IMG/VR virus record: IMGVR_UViG_3300044971_004534
Reading direction: 5' to 3' (one strand)
Source: a virus
DNA length: 64,000 nucleotides
A model generated the notes under the pieces. The model saw only the letters and a program-made list of their open reading frames with translations. It was not told the origin of the DNA and did no database searches. Made by a program: the position numbers and the translations under genes. This document shows, in pieces, positions 28,746 to 37,367 of the stretch; position 1 is the stretch's first letter, and every line of letters starts with the position of its first letter.

Positions 28746-29224
28746 GTAGACCATACACTTCATCTGAATGGCTTGTGCGTGGCAGGGAACTTCTTGCCCA
28801 AAAGTCTTCTGTTCAACCAAATGGTTGTATTGTGTGGAACGGATATGTCCACAAGACCTGTGGATACGGTGTGCAGAAGTTTATGGGCATGCCAAGGGAT
28901 GTTCGTCGCATCGCCCTTATGTGTGCAGGTATGCCACACGCAAAAGGAGTTGTGATGCCGTCTTGCGGCAATCGCCTTTGCATTAATCCCAGTCATCTTG
29001 TGCTTGTGAACAGGCAGACTTGGAGAGAGCGAAGGTTCCCAACCGTTTTTCCTATTGGTGCTGGAGAGAAAAATGGCAGAGCTGTTTTGAATGAAAAACT
29101 TGTTCAAAAGATGAGAGATGAAAGGACTGGAGGCAAGAAAGTTTCCATGCTTGCCTTGGAGTACGGGGTGTGCGAAAGCACCGTGAGAGACATCATTAGC
29201 AAAAATCTCTGGAAGCATTGCTAG
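28742..29224 (+). CDS. HNH-type homing endonuclease-like protein with C-terminal HTH
   Basis: 'NGCIVWNGYVHKTCGYGV...SCGNRLCINPSHL' HNH_3-like (usual His before Cys is Ser); 'MLALEYGVCESTVRDII' HTH. Confidence 0.6.
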   Translation: MSRPYTSSEWLVRGRELLAQKSSVQPNGCIVWNGYVHKTCGYGVQKFMGMPRDVRRIALMCAGMPHAKGVVMPSCGNRLCINPSHLVLVNRQTWRERRFPTVFPIGAGEKNGRAVLNEKLVQKMRDERTGGKKVSMLALEYGVCESTVRDIISKNLWKHC

Positions 29225-29233
29225 GAGAACAGC

Positions 29234-30022
29234 ATGAGCACTGAAAACGAAGAGCCGTTCGGAATCGAAGTGACCACCAGTCCTCTTGAAGGAATGGTTG
29301 ACGGTGACAAAATCTCTGACTGGATGGAGCGCAGGGAGGAAAAGGCGGGCGTCAAAGAACTGATTGATATTCTTTCCAATCGTGCTTTCGCCGCCATGCG
29401 TTCCTACAAGAGAGAGAACAATAGCGACATGCCTTGTCATGCCGCTTGTTACTACAGTGGGGGTGTGGCTTTCATTTCTCCCGTGAAGATTGAAAGCGTG
29501 GAGGATAAGGAAAAGTTCTTTGAGGCGTCTTCAGAGATTGCTTACGAGGTTGGCCGTCAGTACGATGACCAGCCTATCATTGTCACTTTTACTTCAACCG
29601 CTTGGTCTTGCTTTTTCCGCAAGGAAGCCATCAGGGATATCGAAATGGCGATTTCCAAGGTTGACGCAAAAATGGACCCCAAGAAGGCGAACGAAGCAAA
29701 AGCATTCCTTTTGAACGAAATTGTTGATTCCTACGGAAGCATGGAAAATGTTCCCGAAGATCACCCCTTGGTGGGCAAGATGGATTTGATGCTTTTTTCA
29801 GCTCACTTCTTGTCTATGGATGGACCCATTCAGGTCACAAAAACAAGCTTGACAAACCGAGAAGTTTTTTCTGAATTGGATGATGAGCAGAAGATGATGC
29901 TTGATGTCTACATGGTCACGGACATGCCTCGTAACCGGATTAACTTTGATGTGAGTGAATACGAACCCGTGTCCTATAAAAAGGGCGATTTTGGGAACAG
30001 CGAATTTACTCTGGGTGCCTAA
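29234..30022 (+). CDS. hypothetical protein
   Basis: 262-aa ORF; 'aggagaacagcATG' SD. Confidence 0.6.
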   Translation: MSTENEEPFGIEVTTSPLEGMVDGDKISDWMERREEKAGVKELIDILSNRAFAAMRSYKRENNSDMPCHAACYYSGGVAFISPVKIESVEDKEKFFEASSEIAYEVGRQYDDQPIIVTFTSTAWSCFFRKEAIRDIEMAISKVDAKMDPKKANEAKAFLLNEIVDSYGSMENVPEDHPLVGKMDLMLFSAHFLSMDGPIQVTKTSLTNREVFSELDDEQKMMLDVYMVTDMPRNRINFDVSEYEPVSYKKGDFGNSEFTLGA

Positions 30023-30087
30023 AAAAAGTTTGAGAAAAACATTCGCTTTCACTACCACTCAGGCCCGTCTTGGTGTATGATACAATC

Positions 30088-30288
30088 ATGGAAAGCACAG
30101 ATTCGATTACAGCCATCTCCACTCAATCCGACTTGCTCCGTGCTTCGTTAGATATTTCCATGGGGGCAAACAAAGGATGGGTGCTGGTGGGAAAAAGCGG
30201 CAGAAAATATGACTTGCATGAACTTCTTGAAGCAGTGAACAAGATGATTGAGGGGGTTCTTCCCCACTATGAGCCTGAAGACAAGTGA
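30088..30288 (+). CDS. hypothetical protein (candidate leaderless)
   Basis: ATG 30088 preferred over TTG 30070; 'TGTATGAT' lies 6 nt upstream of the ATG. Confidence 0.4.
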   Translation: MESTDSITAISTQSDLLRASLDISMGANKGWVLVGKSGRKYDLHELLEAVNKMIEGVLPHYEPEDK

Positions 30289-30598
30289 CGAACACATGAA
30301 GGTAGCCAAAGTAAAAGTCAAGACTGTCCCGCATGAAGGAAAAAGACTTCCTTTCGGTATTTTTTCTTTCAGGGTTGTCGTAGACGCAAGCAAGGAAAGC
30401 TTGCTTCACGAAGCGTTTTCCAATCTGCATAGTCATCTTCATGAAACAGGTCGTGGTTTTCACAAGAGTGGTGGCAGTGTTAGTGTTGAATTCAGGTGTC
30501 AGGGTGCAATTCGCAAAACAAAGATCATTGAGCATTTCATTTCAATGTTAAAAGACTGCAAGATTCAGCATTCAATCGACGGAAAGTTTGAAAGATAA
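30269..30598 (+). CDS. hypothetical protein
   Basis: Start uncertain: ATG 30269 (GAGGGGG 11 nt upstream) or ATG 30296; track ORF begins TTG 30248. Confidence 0.4.
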   Translation: MSLKTSDEHMKVAKVKVKTVPHEGKRLPFGIFSFRVVVDASKESLLHEAFSNLHSHLHETGRGFHKSGGSVSVEFRCQGAIRKTKIIEHFISMLKDCKIQHSIDGKFER

Positions 30599-30600
30599 AA

Positions 30601-31518
30601 ATGAGCAAAAACATTGAACAACTCGTAGCGGAAAATGAACTTCTCAAGAAGCGCATAGACATCATGCGCTACATCATGGTTGAACAAAATGAAGAAGATT
30701 CTTTCTATGATGATCGCCGCCTGAAGGCGCTTGGTGAGTCACGGAAAGACTACAGCAAATTCGTTTTCAGGTATCGCAGTGCAGACTGGAAGTTCTGTTT
30801 CCGTTGGGATAGTGACGAAGGATGCGGTCTTGATAATGAAGGCAACATCCATACGTGGAAGGGTAACGTCTTTGGCATTCACACCCTGAAGGTCGATGGA
30901 GCCAAGAAGGTTGTGTGCAACGGAGACACGGAAAAGAACAATTTTATTGCTTGCTTGACCGATGACGGCAGCGTTGTCTGCATCAACATCGAAGAGGATG
31001 GTGAAGAAAAGTCTCGCTTTGTTGTTGACGAGCCAAATTCATTCACGAACATACTCATGTGTAGGGAACACGCCATTCTTGAGAAGAAGAACGGGGATGT
31101 CGTTATCTTTGACGGAAAAACTTCTACTCCAGTGAATAGGATTAAGTCCTTCTTCAAGAGCAAGCATGGCTCTGGAGACAGGCTTTCATACGCGCACATC
31201 CTGACGGAAGACAACAAACTTTATGTCGTCAGCTACGGGCTGAAATCTTACTGCTCAGTCAATCGCTTCGTCAATTTGTTCGGTGGCGATGTCATGGGCG
31301 TAAATGATCTAGGCAAGGTGTTTAGCACGGAAGATGGCGTTGCTGTCATTCCTCGTACTTTAAAATTGACCCACAAGCAGTATCTTTACGTTGCGAAAAA
31401 GTTCTACTGGATCAAGTCGTCCGAATTCCCCAGTTCCGTTCGCAACACGAATGAGTACAGGGAGATCCGCAAGACTCAGCGAGCAAAGCGCTTGCTTGGC
31501 AAACTTTATTTAGATTGA
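30601..31518 (+). CDS. hypothetical protein (possible beta-propeller repeats)
   Basis: 305 aa; N-terminal coiled coil, then repeated 'DDGSVVCIN', 'EDNKLYVVSYG'-type strands. Confidence 0.55.
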   Translation: MSKNIEQLVAENELLKKRIDIMRYIMVEQNEEDSFYDDRRLKALGESRKDYSKFVFRYRSADWKFCFRWDSDEGCGLDNEGNIHTWKGNVFGIHTLKVDGAKKVVCNGDTEKNNFIACLTDDGSVVCINIEEDGEEKSRFVVDEPNSFTNILMCREHAILEKKNGDVVIFDGKTSTPVNRIKSFFKSKHGSGDRLSYAHILTEDNKLYVVSYGLKSYCSVNRFVNLFGGDVMGVNDLGKVFSTEDGVAVIPRTLKLTHKQYLYVAKKFYWIKSSEFPSSVRNTNEYREIRKTQRAKRLLGKLYLD

Positions 31519-31519
31519 C

Positions 31520-31858
31520 ATGAACTACAAGGATCTACAATACCGTCTACGCTGCCATACCAAGCGCACAGATCTTCCCTCTGATGTTCTGCGGGACATT
31601 GGTGAGGCGTATGCAGAGATCGCAGATCTTTCCAAACGCATCATAGACATACAGGTTTTGTACGAACGCTTGATAGAGGTCGAGCTAGCTGCTTCTTTGG
31701 AGCGTGACGAGGCGAGGCGTGAGTTGTGCAGGAATGAGGCAATCATCCGTTTGCAACGGCATCGTGTCCATAGAGACAGCGAAGATGTCGTGGGTCTGGC
31801 AAAGGAGATAGCGGTTGAGCGCGGATGGGACTGCTTCAAGGAGAACGCGGATGTTTGA
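31520..31858 (+). CDS. ERDEAR...GWDCFKEN family small protein
   Basis: 'LERDEARRELC...AVERGWDCFKENADV'; C-terminal 53 aa identical to 36575-36865. Confidence 0.65.
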   Translation: MNYKDLQYRLRCHTKRTDLPSDVLRDIGEAYAEIADLSKRIIDIQVLYERLIEVELAASLERDEARRELCRNEAIIRLQRHRVHRDSEDVVGLAKEIAVERGWDCFKENADV

Positions 31859-31932
31859 AAGAGGAAACTACGAATGAGCAATCTTTCAAAGCCTGTTAAC
31901 ACACGTTATTACAAGCCTCTAGAAAATCCAAC
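31699..31932 (+). repeat. 234-bp exact direct repeat, copy 1
   Basis: Identical by eye to 36706-36939 (offset 5007 bp); spans gene 3' end, intergenic SD and the next gene's 5' end. Confidence 0.85.
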
Positions 31933-32164
31933 CCGATACCCTCTTGAGTTGTGTTCTGACCATCATATTTGCCTATGGTCGGAGGATGGAAAATTCAAGT
32001 GGTCGATAGCATATTTCATAAAGGGTAAAGAAGGATATGATTTGATGTTTGTCGGAGATAGGCCGCTTGACTCCCGTGTAGATTGGAATCATTTCAGAGA
32101 ACTTGTGGTTCTTGGTCAAAGGCTTGCAGATGAAAAGTGGCAGAATGAAGGAAACTACGAATGA
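31874..32164 (+). CDS. hypothetical protein, paralogue of 36881-37186
   Basis: 'MSNLSKPVNTRYYKPLENPTRYPLELCSDHHICLWSEDGKFKW' shared with the second copy. Confidence 0.6.
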   Translation: MSNLSKPVNTRYYKPLENPTRYPLELCSDHHICLWSEDGKFKWSIAYFIKGKEGYDLMFVGDRPLDSRVDWNHFRELVVLGQRLADEKWQNEGNYE

Positions 32165-32778
32165 TTGAACCAACAGAAGGTGAAATTGTTGATGTTCTGA
32201 ACAACTACCTCAACAGCGGTAACCGAGATACATTTCATCAGATTTTGATTGGTCGTGCCATTGCTGAGATCAAGCATCTCCGCATGCGTGTTGCCGATCT
32301 CAAAAATGGATTTGAAGGTTCATGCACTGCATGTGAGCCTGTTGCTGAGATGAATAGAAAGTTGATGGAGGAGCGGGATGAAGCAAGGTGGGAAGTCTGT
32401 GGTTTCCATCACCTGACTGGATTCCTTGCAGGAGATTACGCAATCTCCCGTGGTTGGAATTATTTCAATGATGAAAGAAAGTGGCCAAAGTTTCCACAAT
32501 CGGTAACTGATTTCAAGCTGTTCCTTGAAGGTCAAGATAAGATTTTTCTTGAAAGTAATGATCGACTCCGCAAGGAACGGGACGAGGCGAGGCGGCTCCT
32601 GAAGGCTGTCGTAGACATGATGCGCGACAACATGGCTCCCGATGCCACGCACCCGAAGCATGTGTGCGACTTCATTTACTGCCCCGAAATCGCTACATGC
32701 ATGGTGTGCGAGAACTGGACTGACGCACTAGTGATGTGCTACCCCGATGATTTTCAGGACGAGGAGGAAACCAAATGA
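32161..32778 (+). CDS. ERDEAR family protein (two modules)
   Basis: 'MEERDEARWEVC...AISRGWNYFNDE' and 'RKERDEARRLL'; ATGA overlap. Confidence 0.6.
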   Translation: MIEPTEGEIVDVLNNYLNSGNRDTFHQILIGRAIAEIKHLRMRVADLKNGFEGSCTACEPVAEMNRKLMEERDEARWEVCGFHHLTGFLAGDYAISRGWNYFNDERKWPKFPQSVTDFKLFLEGQDKIFLESNDRLRKERDEARRLLKAVVDMMRDNMAPDATHPKHVCDFIYCPEIATCMVCENWTDALVMCYPDDFQDEEETK

Positions 32779-32996
32779 TTGAATACAAATGGAAAGAACT
32801 AAAAGACAAGCGGCTACTGCTGACTGACAGGATCACAAGAATCAAACGCAGCGAATGGACGCTGCTTGAAATCTCTCCAAACAGCAAGGTGGGAAAGTTC
32901 CGCAACGAACTTGCCGACACCTGTTTTTGGACTGACCTTGATGATCTCGTCGTGATGGATGTGCTTCACGACATGTACAAGGAGGAAACCAAGTGA
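32775..32996 (+). CDS. hypothetical protein
   Basis: 73 aa; ATGA overlap, 'ggaggaaaccaaATG' SD. Confidence 0.5.
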   Translation: MIEYKWKELKDKRLLLTDRITRIKRSEWTLLEISPNSKVGKFRNELADTCFWTDLDDLVVMDVLHDMYKEETK

Positions 32997-33229
32997 ACGA
33001 ACACGATGCCATCGCAAGGATCAAGAGACTGTCTCACAGCATCAACTGTGCCGATGAGATCGCAGAAGTGATTGAGCGGCTAATCAAGGAGCGTGATGAG
33101 TTACGCTGCGAGGTTTGTGATTGGGTGGGCAACCACTTCAAGGAGCCACCGCAGGATGTAGCAAAGAGAAACGGCTGGGACTGCTTTGATACGGGTGTTT
33201 GGGATTGCTACAAGGAGAAAAGCAAGTGA
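32993..33229 (+). CDS. ERDEAR family small protein
   Basis: GTG start in a GTGA overlap; 'IKERDELRCEVC...AKRNGWDCFD'. Confidence 0.55.
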   Translation: MNEHDAIARIKRLSHSINCADEIAEVIERLIKERDELRCEVCDWVGNHFKEPPQDVAKRNGWDCFDTGVWDCYKEKSK

Positions 33230-33597
33230 CCCCACACAATCTCAACATCTTGCTTGGACTTTCCACAGTCGGATTCGTCGTGGTGTCCCTGCTCTACATG
33301 ATTCACTTGCATGACACCAAGTGGAAACTCTTGAGCAAGGACAACAAGATTCGTCACCTTGAATCCGAGTTGCGCCACTACAGCAGTCTCTACTTTTCGG
33401 GATGCGCTTGCAAGAAGAGCCACGCACACACCGAGGAAGCGGAGAGCAAGCCCAATGAGAAGCACAGCAGCGGATGGTTCTCGTCCCTATTGAAAATGGG
33501 TATCTTGGCGGCGATTGCCTACCTTGCCTATTTCCTGTACAAGAAGTACAAGCAACGCTCAAAACCCGTTCCCGTCACAACAGAAGTAATCAACTGA
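33226..33597 (+). CDS. membrane protein
   Basis: GTG 33226 (GTGA overlap; 'aaggagaaaagcaaGTG'); N- and C-terminal hydrophobic helices, ends 'YFLYKKYKQR...'. Confidence 0.5.
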   Translation: MTPHNLNILLGLSTVGFVVVSLLYMIHLHDTKWKLLSKDNKIRHLESELRHYSSLYFSGCACKKSHAHTEEAESKPNEKHSSGWFSSLLKMGILAAIAYLAYFLYKKYKQRSKPVPVTTEVIN

Positions 33598-33617
33598 AAC
33601 ACAGAAAGGAGAAAGCC

Positions 33618-33719
33618 ATGAATAACTTTTGGAAGTACATCAAAGCCGCAGCCATCGTTGCTGGAGTGTCAATGGTGGCATACTACGGCTACAAAAAGAT
33701 CCGCAAGATGTTTGCTTGA
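33618..33719 (+). CDS. small membrane protein (33 aa)
   Basis: 'aaaggagaaagccATG'; 'MNNFWKYIKAAAIVAGVSMVAYYGYKKIRKMFA'. Confidence 0.35.
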   Translation: MNNFWKYIKAAAIVAGVSMVAYYGYKKIRKMFA

Positions 33720-33744
33720 CAGCACACCATTTACCTGCTATACT
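33716..33744 (+). promoter_or_regulatory. sigma70-like promoter
   Basis: TTGACA-17 nt-TATACT; same architecture and flanks as 34925-34953. Confidence 0.6.
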
Positions 33745-33765
33745 CTAACAACAAGGAGACTGACA

Positions 33766-34047
33766 ATGACTAAGACTGCAACAAAGAACAAGACCAACAA
33801 GACCGTTACCACAAGTGCATCTGACCTCTACGACATCGCAAAGACGATGGAGGGTCTGTTCGCAAAGATTACTAAACTCAACAATAATGTCTCGTCACGC
33901 TCCATCAGCGGTCGTGATATTGAGAAGGCATGTGATGACATCTCAGAGGAGATGGGTGAGGCATTCGACACCCTGAAGACCATCCTCATTCAGAATGAAG
34001 TTGTCAGCGGACCTTCCTACCCCCTCACTCTGCCCAAGAAGATTTGA
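33766..34047 (+). CDS. T/K-rich N-terminus small protein
   Basis: 'caaggagactgacaATG'; 'MTKTATKNKTNKTV' N-terminus shared with 34975-35472. Confidence 0.55.
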   Translation: MTKTATKNKTNKTVTTSASDLYDIAKTMEGLFAKITKLNNNVSSRSISGRDIEKACDDISEEMGEAFDTLKTILIQNEVVSGPSYPLTLPKKI

Positions 34048-34064
34048 TAACAAGGAGAACAACA

Positions 34065-34238
34065 ATGACTAACACCTGCGCCATGACACTCGCACAGAAG
34101 TCCGACCGCATCCTCGCGCAGACGCGAGGCTTGAGCGGAGCGACACCGAACGCCACGCAACTCATCGAAGAACTGCGGTGGGCGTTGGAGGAAAACATGA
34201 AGGAAGTGCAGCGGCTACGGAAGGAGGAAAGCAAGTGA
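34065..34238 (+). CDS. small coiled-coil protein (57 aa)
   Basis: 'caaggagaacaacaATG' junction cassette. Confidence 0.45.
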   Translation: MTNTCAMTLAQKSDRILAQTRGLSGATPNATQLIEELRWALEENMKEVQRLRKEESK

Positions 34239-34357
34239 GCGACGATTTCGGAATCGGAGTGATTGTCGGCATCGTCCTGACGATGCTGTGTTGCCTCGCA
34301 GGGATCGGGATAAGCGTGCTGTTTCCAAGACGCCCGAAGAAGGAGGACGGCAAGTGA
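34235..34357 (+). CDS. small membrane protein (40 aa)
   Basis: GTG start in a GTGA overlap after 'aaggaggaaagcaa'; hydrophobic 'GIGVIVGIVLTMLCCLAGIGISVLF'. Confidence 0.35.
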   Translation: MSDDFGIGVIVGIVLTMLCCLAGIGISVLFPRRPKKEDGK

Positions 34358-34599
34358 AGGACACAGACATCATTGCGGCGATTGCGCCCGATGCGGTATC
34401 GCTGATGGACAAGGCAATTGCGGAGATCAAGCGTCTGCGGCAGGAGAACGCAACCCTCACCGCCGAGCGAGATGAGGCACGACAGGAAGTGTGTTTTCTG
34501 TTGTCTCGTAATGTCACACAGGGATGTGACGGAGACACCCCAGAGTTTCATGCCACCGCCCGTGGGTGGTGCTACCTACTTGAGGAGGACGACGAATGA
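34354..34599 (+). CDS. ERDEAR family small protein
   Basis: GTG 34354 (GTGA overlap); 'LTAERDEARQEVC...TARGWCYLLEE'. Confidence 0.55.
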   Translation: MKDTDIIAAIAPDAVSLMDKAIAEIKRLRQENATLTAERDEARQEVCFLLSRNVTQGCDGDTPEFHATARGWCYLLEEDDE

Positions 34600-34928
34600 G
34601 CAACACCCAAACACCTCGCACCGACGCAGCAGAAACAAACTGGTGGAGTGAGGACGGTCTGCGGTCGGCGTTCATTGTTCGTGCAAATTTTGCCCGTGAA
34701 CTGGAGCGGGAGAACGCAATCCTCACCGCCGAGCGCGACGAGGCGAGGAGATATTCTTGCGATCTAGAAGCACGGATCATCGTGCTTGAGGAGGATCGTC
34801 GTGATACATCAAATAAATTTGGTACGAATCCCTGTTCAGAGATTATTCTGCCAGACTATCCTCTTGCAAGAGAGCCTAAAGAGATCGCAAAGCAAAAGGG
34901 CTGGGACTGCTTCAAAGATAACGCTTGA
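34596..34928 (+). CDS. ERDEAR family small protein
   Basis: ATGA overlap; 'LTAERDEARRYSC...AKQKGWDCFKDNA'. Confidence 0.6.
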   Translation: MSNTQTPRTDAAETNWWSEDGLRSAFIVRANFARELERENAILTAERDEARRYSCDLEARIIVLEEDRRDTSNKFGTNPCSEIILPDYPLAREPKEIAKQKGWDCFKDNA

Positions 34929-34953
34929 CAACACCCATAGACTGTACTATACT
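34925..34953 (+). promoter_or_regulatory. sigma70-like promoter
   Basis: TTGACA-17 nt-TATACT overlapping the upstream stop. Confidence 0.6.
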
Positions 34954-34974
34954 ATAACAACAAGGAGATTGACA

Positions 34975-35472
34975 ATGCCTAAGACTGCAACCAAGACCAA
35001 GAACATCACCGTTCATTCCGATGAGATCATTACCGCCTCATCTACCCGCCCCTCTCGCACCATCACCAACACCAACAACGATAGGAAGAACATGAGCATT
35101 GACAAGACCATCACCGTCACGGGCATCAAGTTTTGGAACTGGACGATCACGGCAAAGGTGATTGCAACCTTTGCGTACAATCCCAACACCAACACCTTCT
35201 CTCACACGCAGAACAGCATCGGAACCAACGATGGCGACATCTTTGGTCAGGGCAACGATTCGTCCGTTCCCAACATCTCGTTCAGCAACCATGTCAGCGT
35301 TGACGCTGTTCGTTGGGCAAAGATGAATGCCGATGCAGGAATGAACATCGGGCAGCAAGATGATTGGATTGATGCCATCTACACTTCTGCCGAGTTGAAC
35401 GCTGCTGTGACGGCAGAGTTGGAGTTGCTGAATACCGCTTCCACGATTGTCAAGGAGAACAACAATGACTAA
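34975..35472 (+). CDS. T/K-rich N-terminus protein
   Basis: 'caaggagattgacaATG'; 'MPKTATKTKNITV'; ends 'KENNND' encoded by the next gene's SD+ATG. Confidence 0.55.
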   Translation: MPKTATKTKNITVHSDEIITASSTRPSRTITNTNNDRKNMSIDKTITVTGIKFWNWTITAKVIATFAYNPNTNTFSHTQNSIGTNDGDIFGQGNDSSVPNISFSNHVSVDAVRWAKMNADAGMNIGQQDDWIDAIYTSAELNAAVTAELELLNTASTIVKENNND

Positions 35473-35830
35473 TCACAACAAGATCGCAGCAGATGAGTTT
35501 TGCAACAAGACGCACACTTCACCGATTGAGGCTTATGTCGCCAACAGAATCTATGAGTTGGAGACGCAGGTGAATCGGCTGAAGCAAGAGCGGGATGAAG
35601 CCCGTGCAGCCATTGAAATGCCTGCACAGAAGGCAAGCAAGTTCCGCAACCTGACTCAACAGGCCAACGATGTGCTTGACCTTGCCCGTGGCTATGACCC
35701 CAACTCCCTTGTAGGCAAGTTGGCTTCCCTTTTGGAGCAGACCACTTTCTACAAGGATCTCTACTACAACACGCTGACTCCTGCACAGCGTGAGAATCCG
35801 AATCTCGGTAGCATGGAGGACAGCAAGTGA
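35465..35830 (+). CDS. ERDEAR-containing protein (no GWDCF tail)
   Basis: ATG 35465 in the 'caaggagaacaacaATGACTAA' junction; 'LKQERDEARAAIE'. Confidence 0.5.
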   Translation: MTNHNKIAADEFCNKTHTSPIEAYVANRIYELETQVNRLKQERDEARAAIEMPAQKASKFRNLTQQANDVLDLARGYDPNSLVGKLASLLEQTTFYKDLYYNTLTPAQRENPNLGSMEDSK

Positions 35831-36132
35831 GCAAGACCAAGAAGAAGACCAAGACCACCCGCATCACCAAGACGGAGCGTCTGTGTATTGCAGCAGAGAA
35901 GACCCGTCCAACGGGCATAACCGTTGCTGTGGGAAGACAGTACGAGGTGGAGATCGTCCCGATGTACGACCCCTTTACGCACAAGCGCATGACAGGGGTT
36001 CGTGCGGACCAGTGGGGCGACCCCGATGACACCGCCGCCCCCACCGTCTACATGGAAAGCCCGCATCAGTTGCGAATTCTTGCACAGGCTTTGAATCGGG
36101 CAGCAGATTGGATGGAGGAGGAGATCAAGTGA
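35827..36132 (+). CDS. hypothetical protein with K/T-rich N-terminus
   Basis: GTGA overlap; 'SKTKKKTKTTRITKTER'. Confidence 0.5.
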   Translation: MSKTKKKTKTTRITKTERLCIAAEKTRPTGITVAVGRQYEVEIVPMYDPFTHKRMTGVRADQWGDPDDTAAPTVYMESPHQLRILAQALNRAADWMEEEIK

Positions 36133-36353
36133 GCGACATCACAGACATCGTTTCTCGCCTGCGTAGGACTGACGAGAACAGAGGAGTTGCAATCTGTTCA
36201 GAGGCAGCCGACACCATCGAACAACTCCGCAAAGAGCGTGACGAGGCGAGGCGGCTCTACTGCGTGATGCGCGATGGCGATGACGGTGCGAGTTGCGCGG
36301 ATTGGGCAAAGCGCAAGGGATGGGATTGCTTCAAGGAGAACACCAATGACTAA
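36129..36353 (+). CDS. ERDEAR family small protein
   Basis: GTG 36129 (GTGA overlap); 'RKERDEARRLYC...AKRKGWDCFKENTND'. Confidence 0.55.
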   Translation: MSDITDIVSRLRRTDENRGVAICSEAADTIEQLRKERDEARRLYCVMRDGDDGASCADWAKRKGWDCFKENTND

Positions 36354-36582
36354 AAATAAAACCATCAAGACTGATACCGAGACAATCACTAAGATTTCTG
36401 ACTTTGTTTGGGAACTCTCTACTGAGATGGATGCCATTAAGGATCAGATGGAGGTTTTGCAACTTCGTATGCTTTCTGTTCGCAAGATGCTACAGATAAT
36501 GGAAGACCCCAAGAACGGAACCGCACAAGACCATGCCACCCGACGCGGCTGGGACTGCTTCAAGGAAAACAACAATGATTGA
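36346..36582 (+). CDS. GWDCFKEN-tail small protein
   Basis: ATG 36346 in the junction cassette; 'MTKNKTIKTD...ATRRGWDCFKENNND'. Confidence 0.5.
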   Translation: MTKNKTIKTDTETITKISDFVWELSTEMDAIKDQMEVLQLRMLSVRKMLQIMEDPKNGTAQDHATRRGWDCFKENNND

Positions 36583-36865
36583 CGACGACAAGAACGAAAC
36601 CATTACCTCTCTCCTACACACGATTGCTCTGATACGGGAAGCCGCAGGGGTCGGTGAGAAGCCCATGCTTTCGGAACTGCCCGATGTCATTCGGAAGTTG
36701 CGGAAGGAGCGTGACGAGGCGAGGCGTGAGTTGTGCAGGAATGAGGCAATCATCCGTTTGCAACGGCATCGTGTCCATAGAGACAGCGAAGATGTCGTGG
36801 GTCTGGCAAAGGAGATAGCGGTTGAGCGCGGATGGGACTGCTTCAAGGAGAACGCGGATGTTTGA
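36575..36865 (+). CDS. ERDEAR...GWDCFKEN family small protein
   Basis: ATG 36575; C-terminal half identical to 31520-31858. Confidence 0.6.
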   Translation: MIDDDKNETITSLLHTIALIREAAGVGEKPMLSELPDVIRKLRKERDEARRELCRNEAIIRLQRHRVHRDSEDVVGLAKEIAVERGWDCFKENADV

Positions 36866-36939
36866 AAGAGGAAACTACGAATGAGCAATCTTTCAAAGCC
36901 TGTTAACACACGTTATTACAAGCCTCTAGAAAATCCAAC
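36706..36939 (+). repeat. 234-bp exact direct repeat, copy 2
   Basis: Identical by eye to 31699-31932; homology continues in diverged form to about 37170. Confidence 0.85.
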
Positions 36940-37186
36940 TAGATACCCCCTTGAATTATGTTCGGATCACCACATCTGTCTTTGGTCAGAGGACGGAAAA
37001 TTTAAGTGGACGATAGCGTATTTCGTAAAGCATAAAGAAGGTTACGATTTGACGTTCATTGGAGATAGACCTCTTGACTCCCGCGTAAACTGGGATCATT
37101 TCAGAGAACTTGTAGTTATTGGTCAACAATTTGCAGATAAAGAGTGGGAAAACGAACACAAGGAAACTAAGAATGAACAATTATAA
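36881..37186 (+). CDS. hypothetical protein, paralogue of 31874-32164
   Basis: First 19 codons identical in DNA to the first copy, then diverged. Confidence 0.6.
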   Translation: MSNLSKPVNTRYYKPLENPTRYPLELCSDHHICLWSEDGKFKWTIAYFVKHKEGYDLTFIGDRPLDSRVNWDHFRELVVIGQQFADKEWENEHKETKNEQL

Positions 37187-37367
37187 TAATTCAACGAGCA
37201 AGCAATTCAACTATGTTTTCATTTCAATTACTGTTTTGTTTTTGATGATGTTGGTCAATTGTGTTATTCTTTTTGGCATCATCAATATGTGTGATGGAAT
37301 GAATATGAGAATCAGTGAAATTGAGACACTAAACGGATTTGCAATTGATAAGGATCTTACGCAATGA
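37173..37367 (+). CDS. small membrane protein (64 aa)
   Basis: ATG 37173; hydrophobic 'YVFISITVLFLMMLVNCVILFGII'; AT-rich patch. Confidence 0.4.
   Translation: MNNYNNSTSKQFNYVFISITVLFLMMLVNCVILFGIINMCDGMNMRISEIETLNGFAIDKDLTQ

Noticed and set aside
28760-29440. 226-aa minus-strand ORF
   Set aside because: It is antisense to the HNH gene and to the start of 29234-30022, and has no motifs.
35469-36044. 191-aa minus-strand ORF inside the paralogue array
   Set aside because: It is antisense to SD-coupled + strand genes that carry conserved family motifs.
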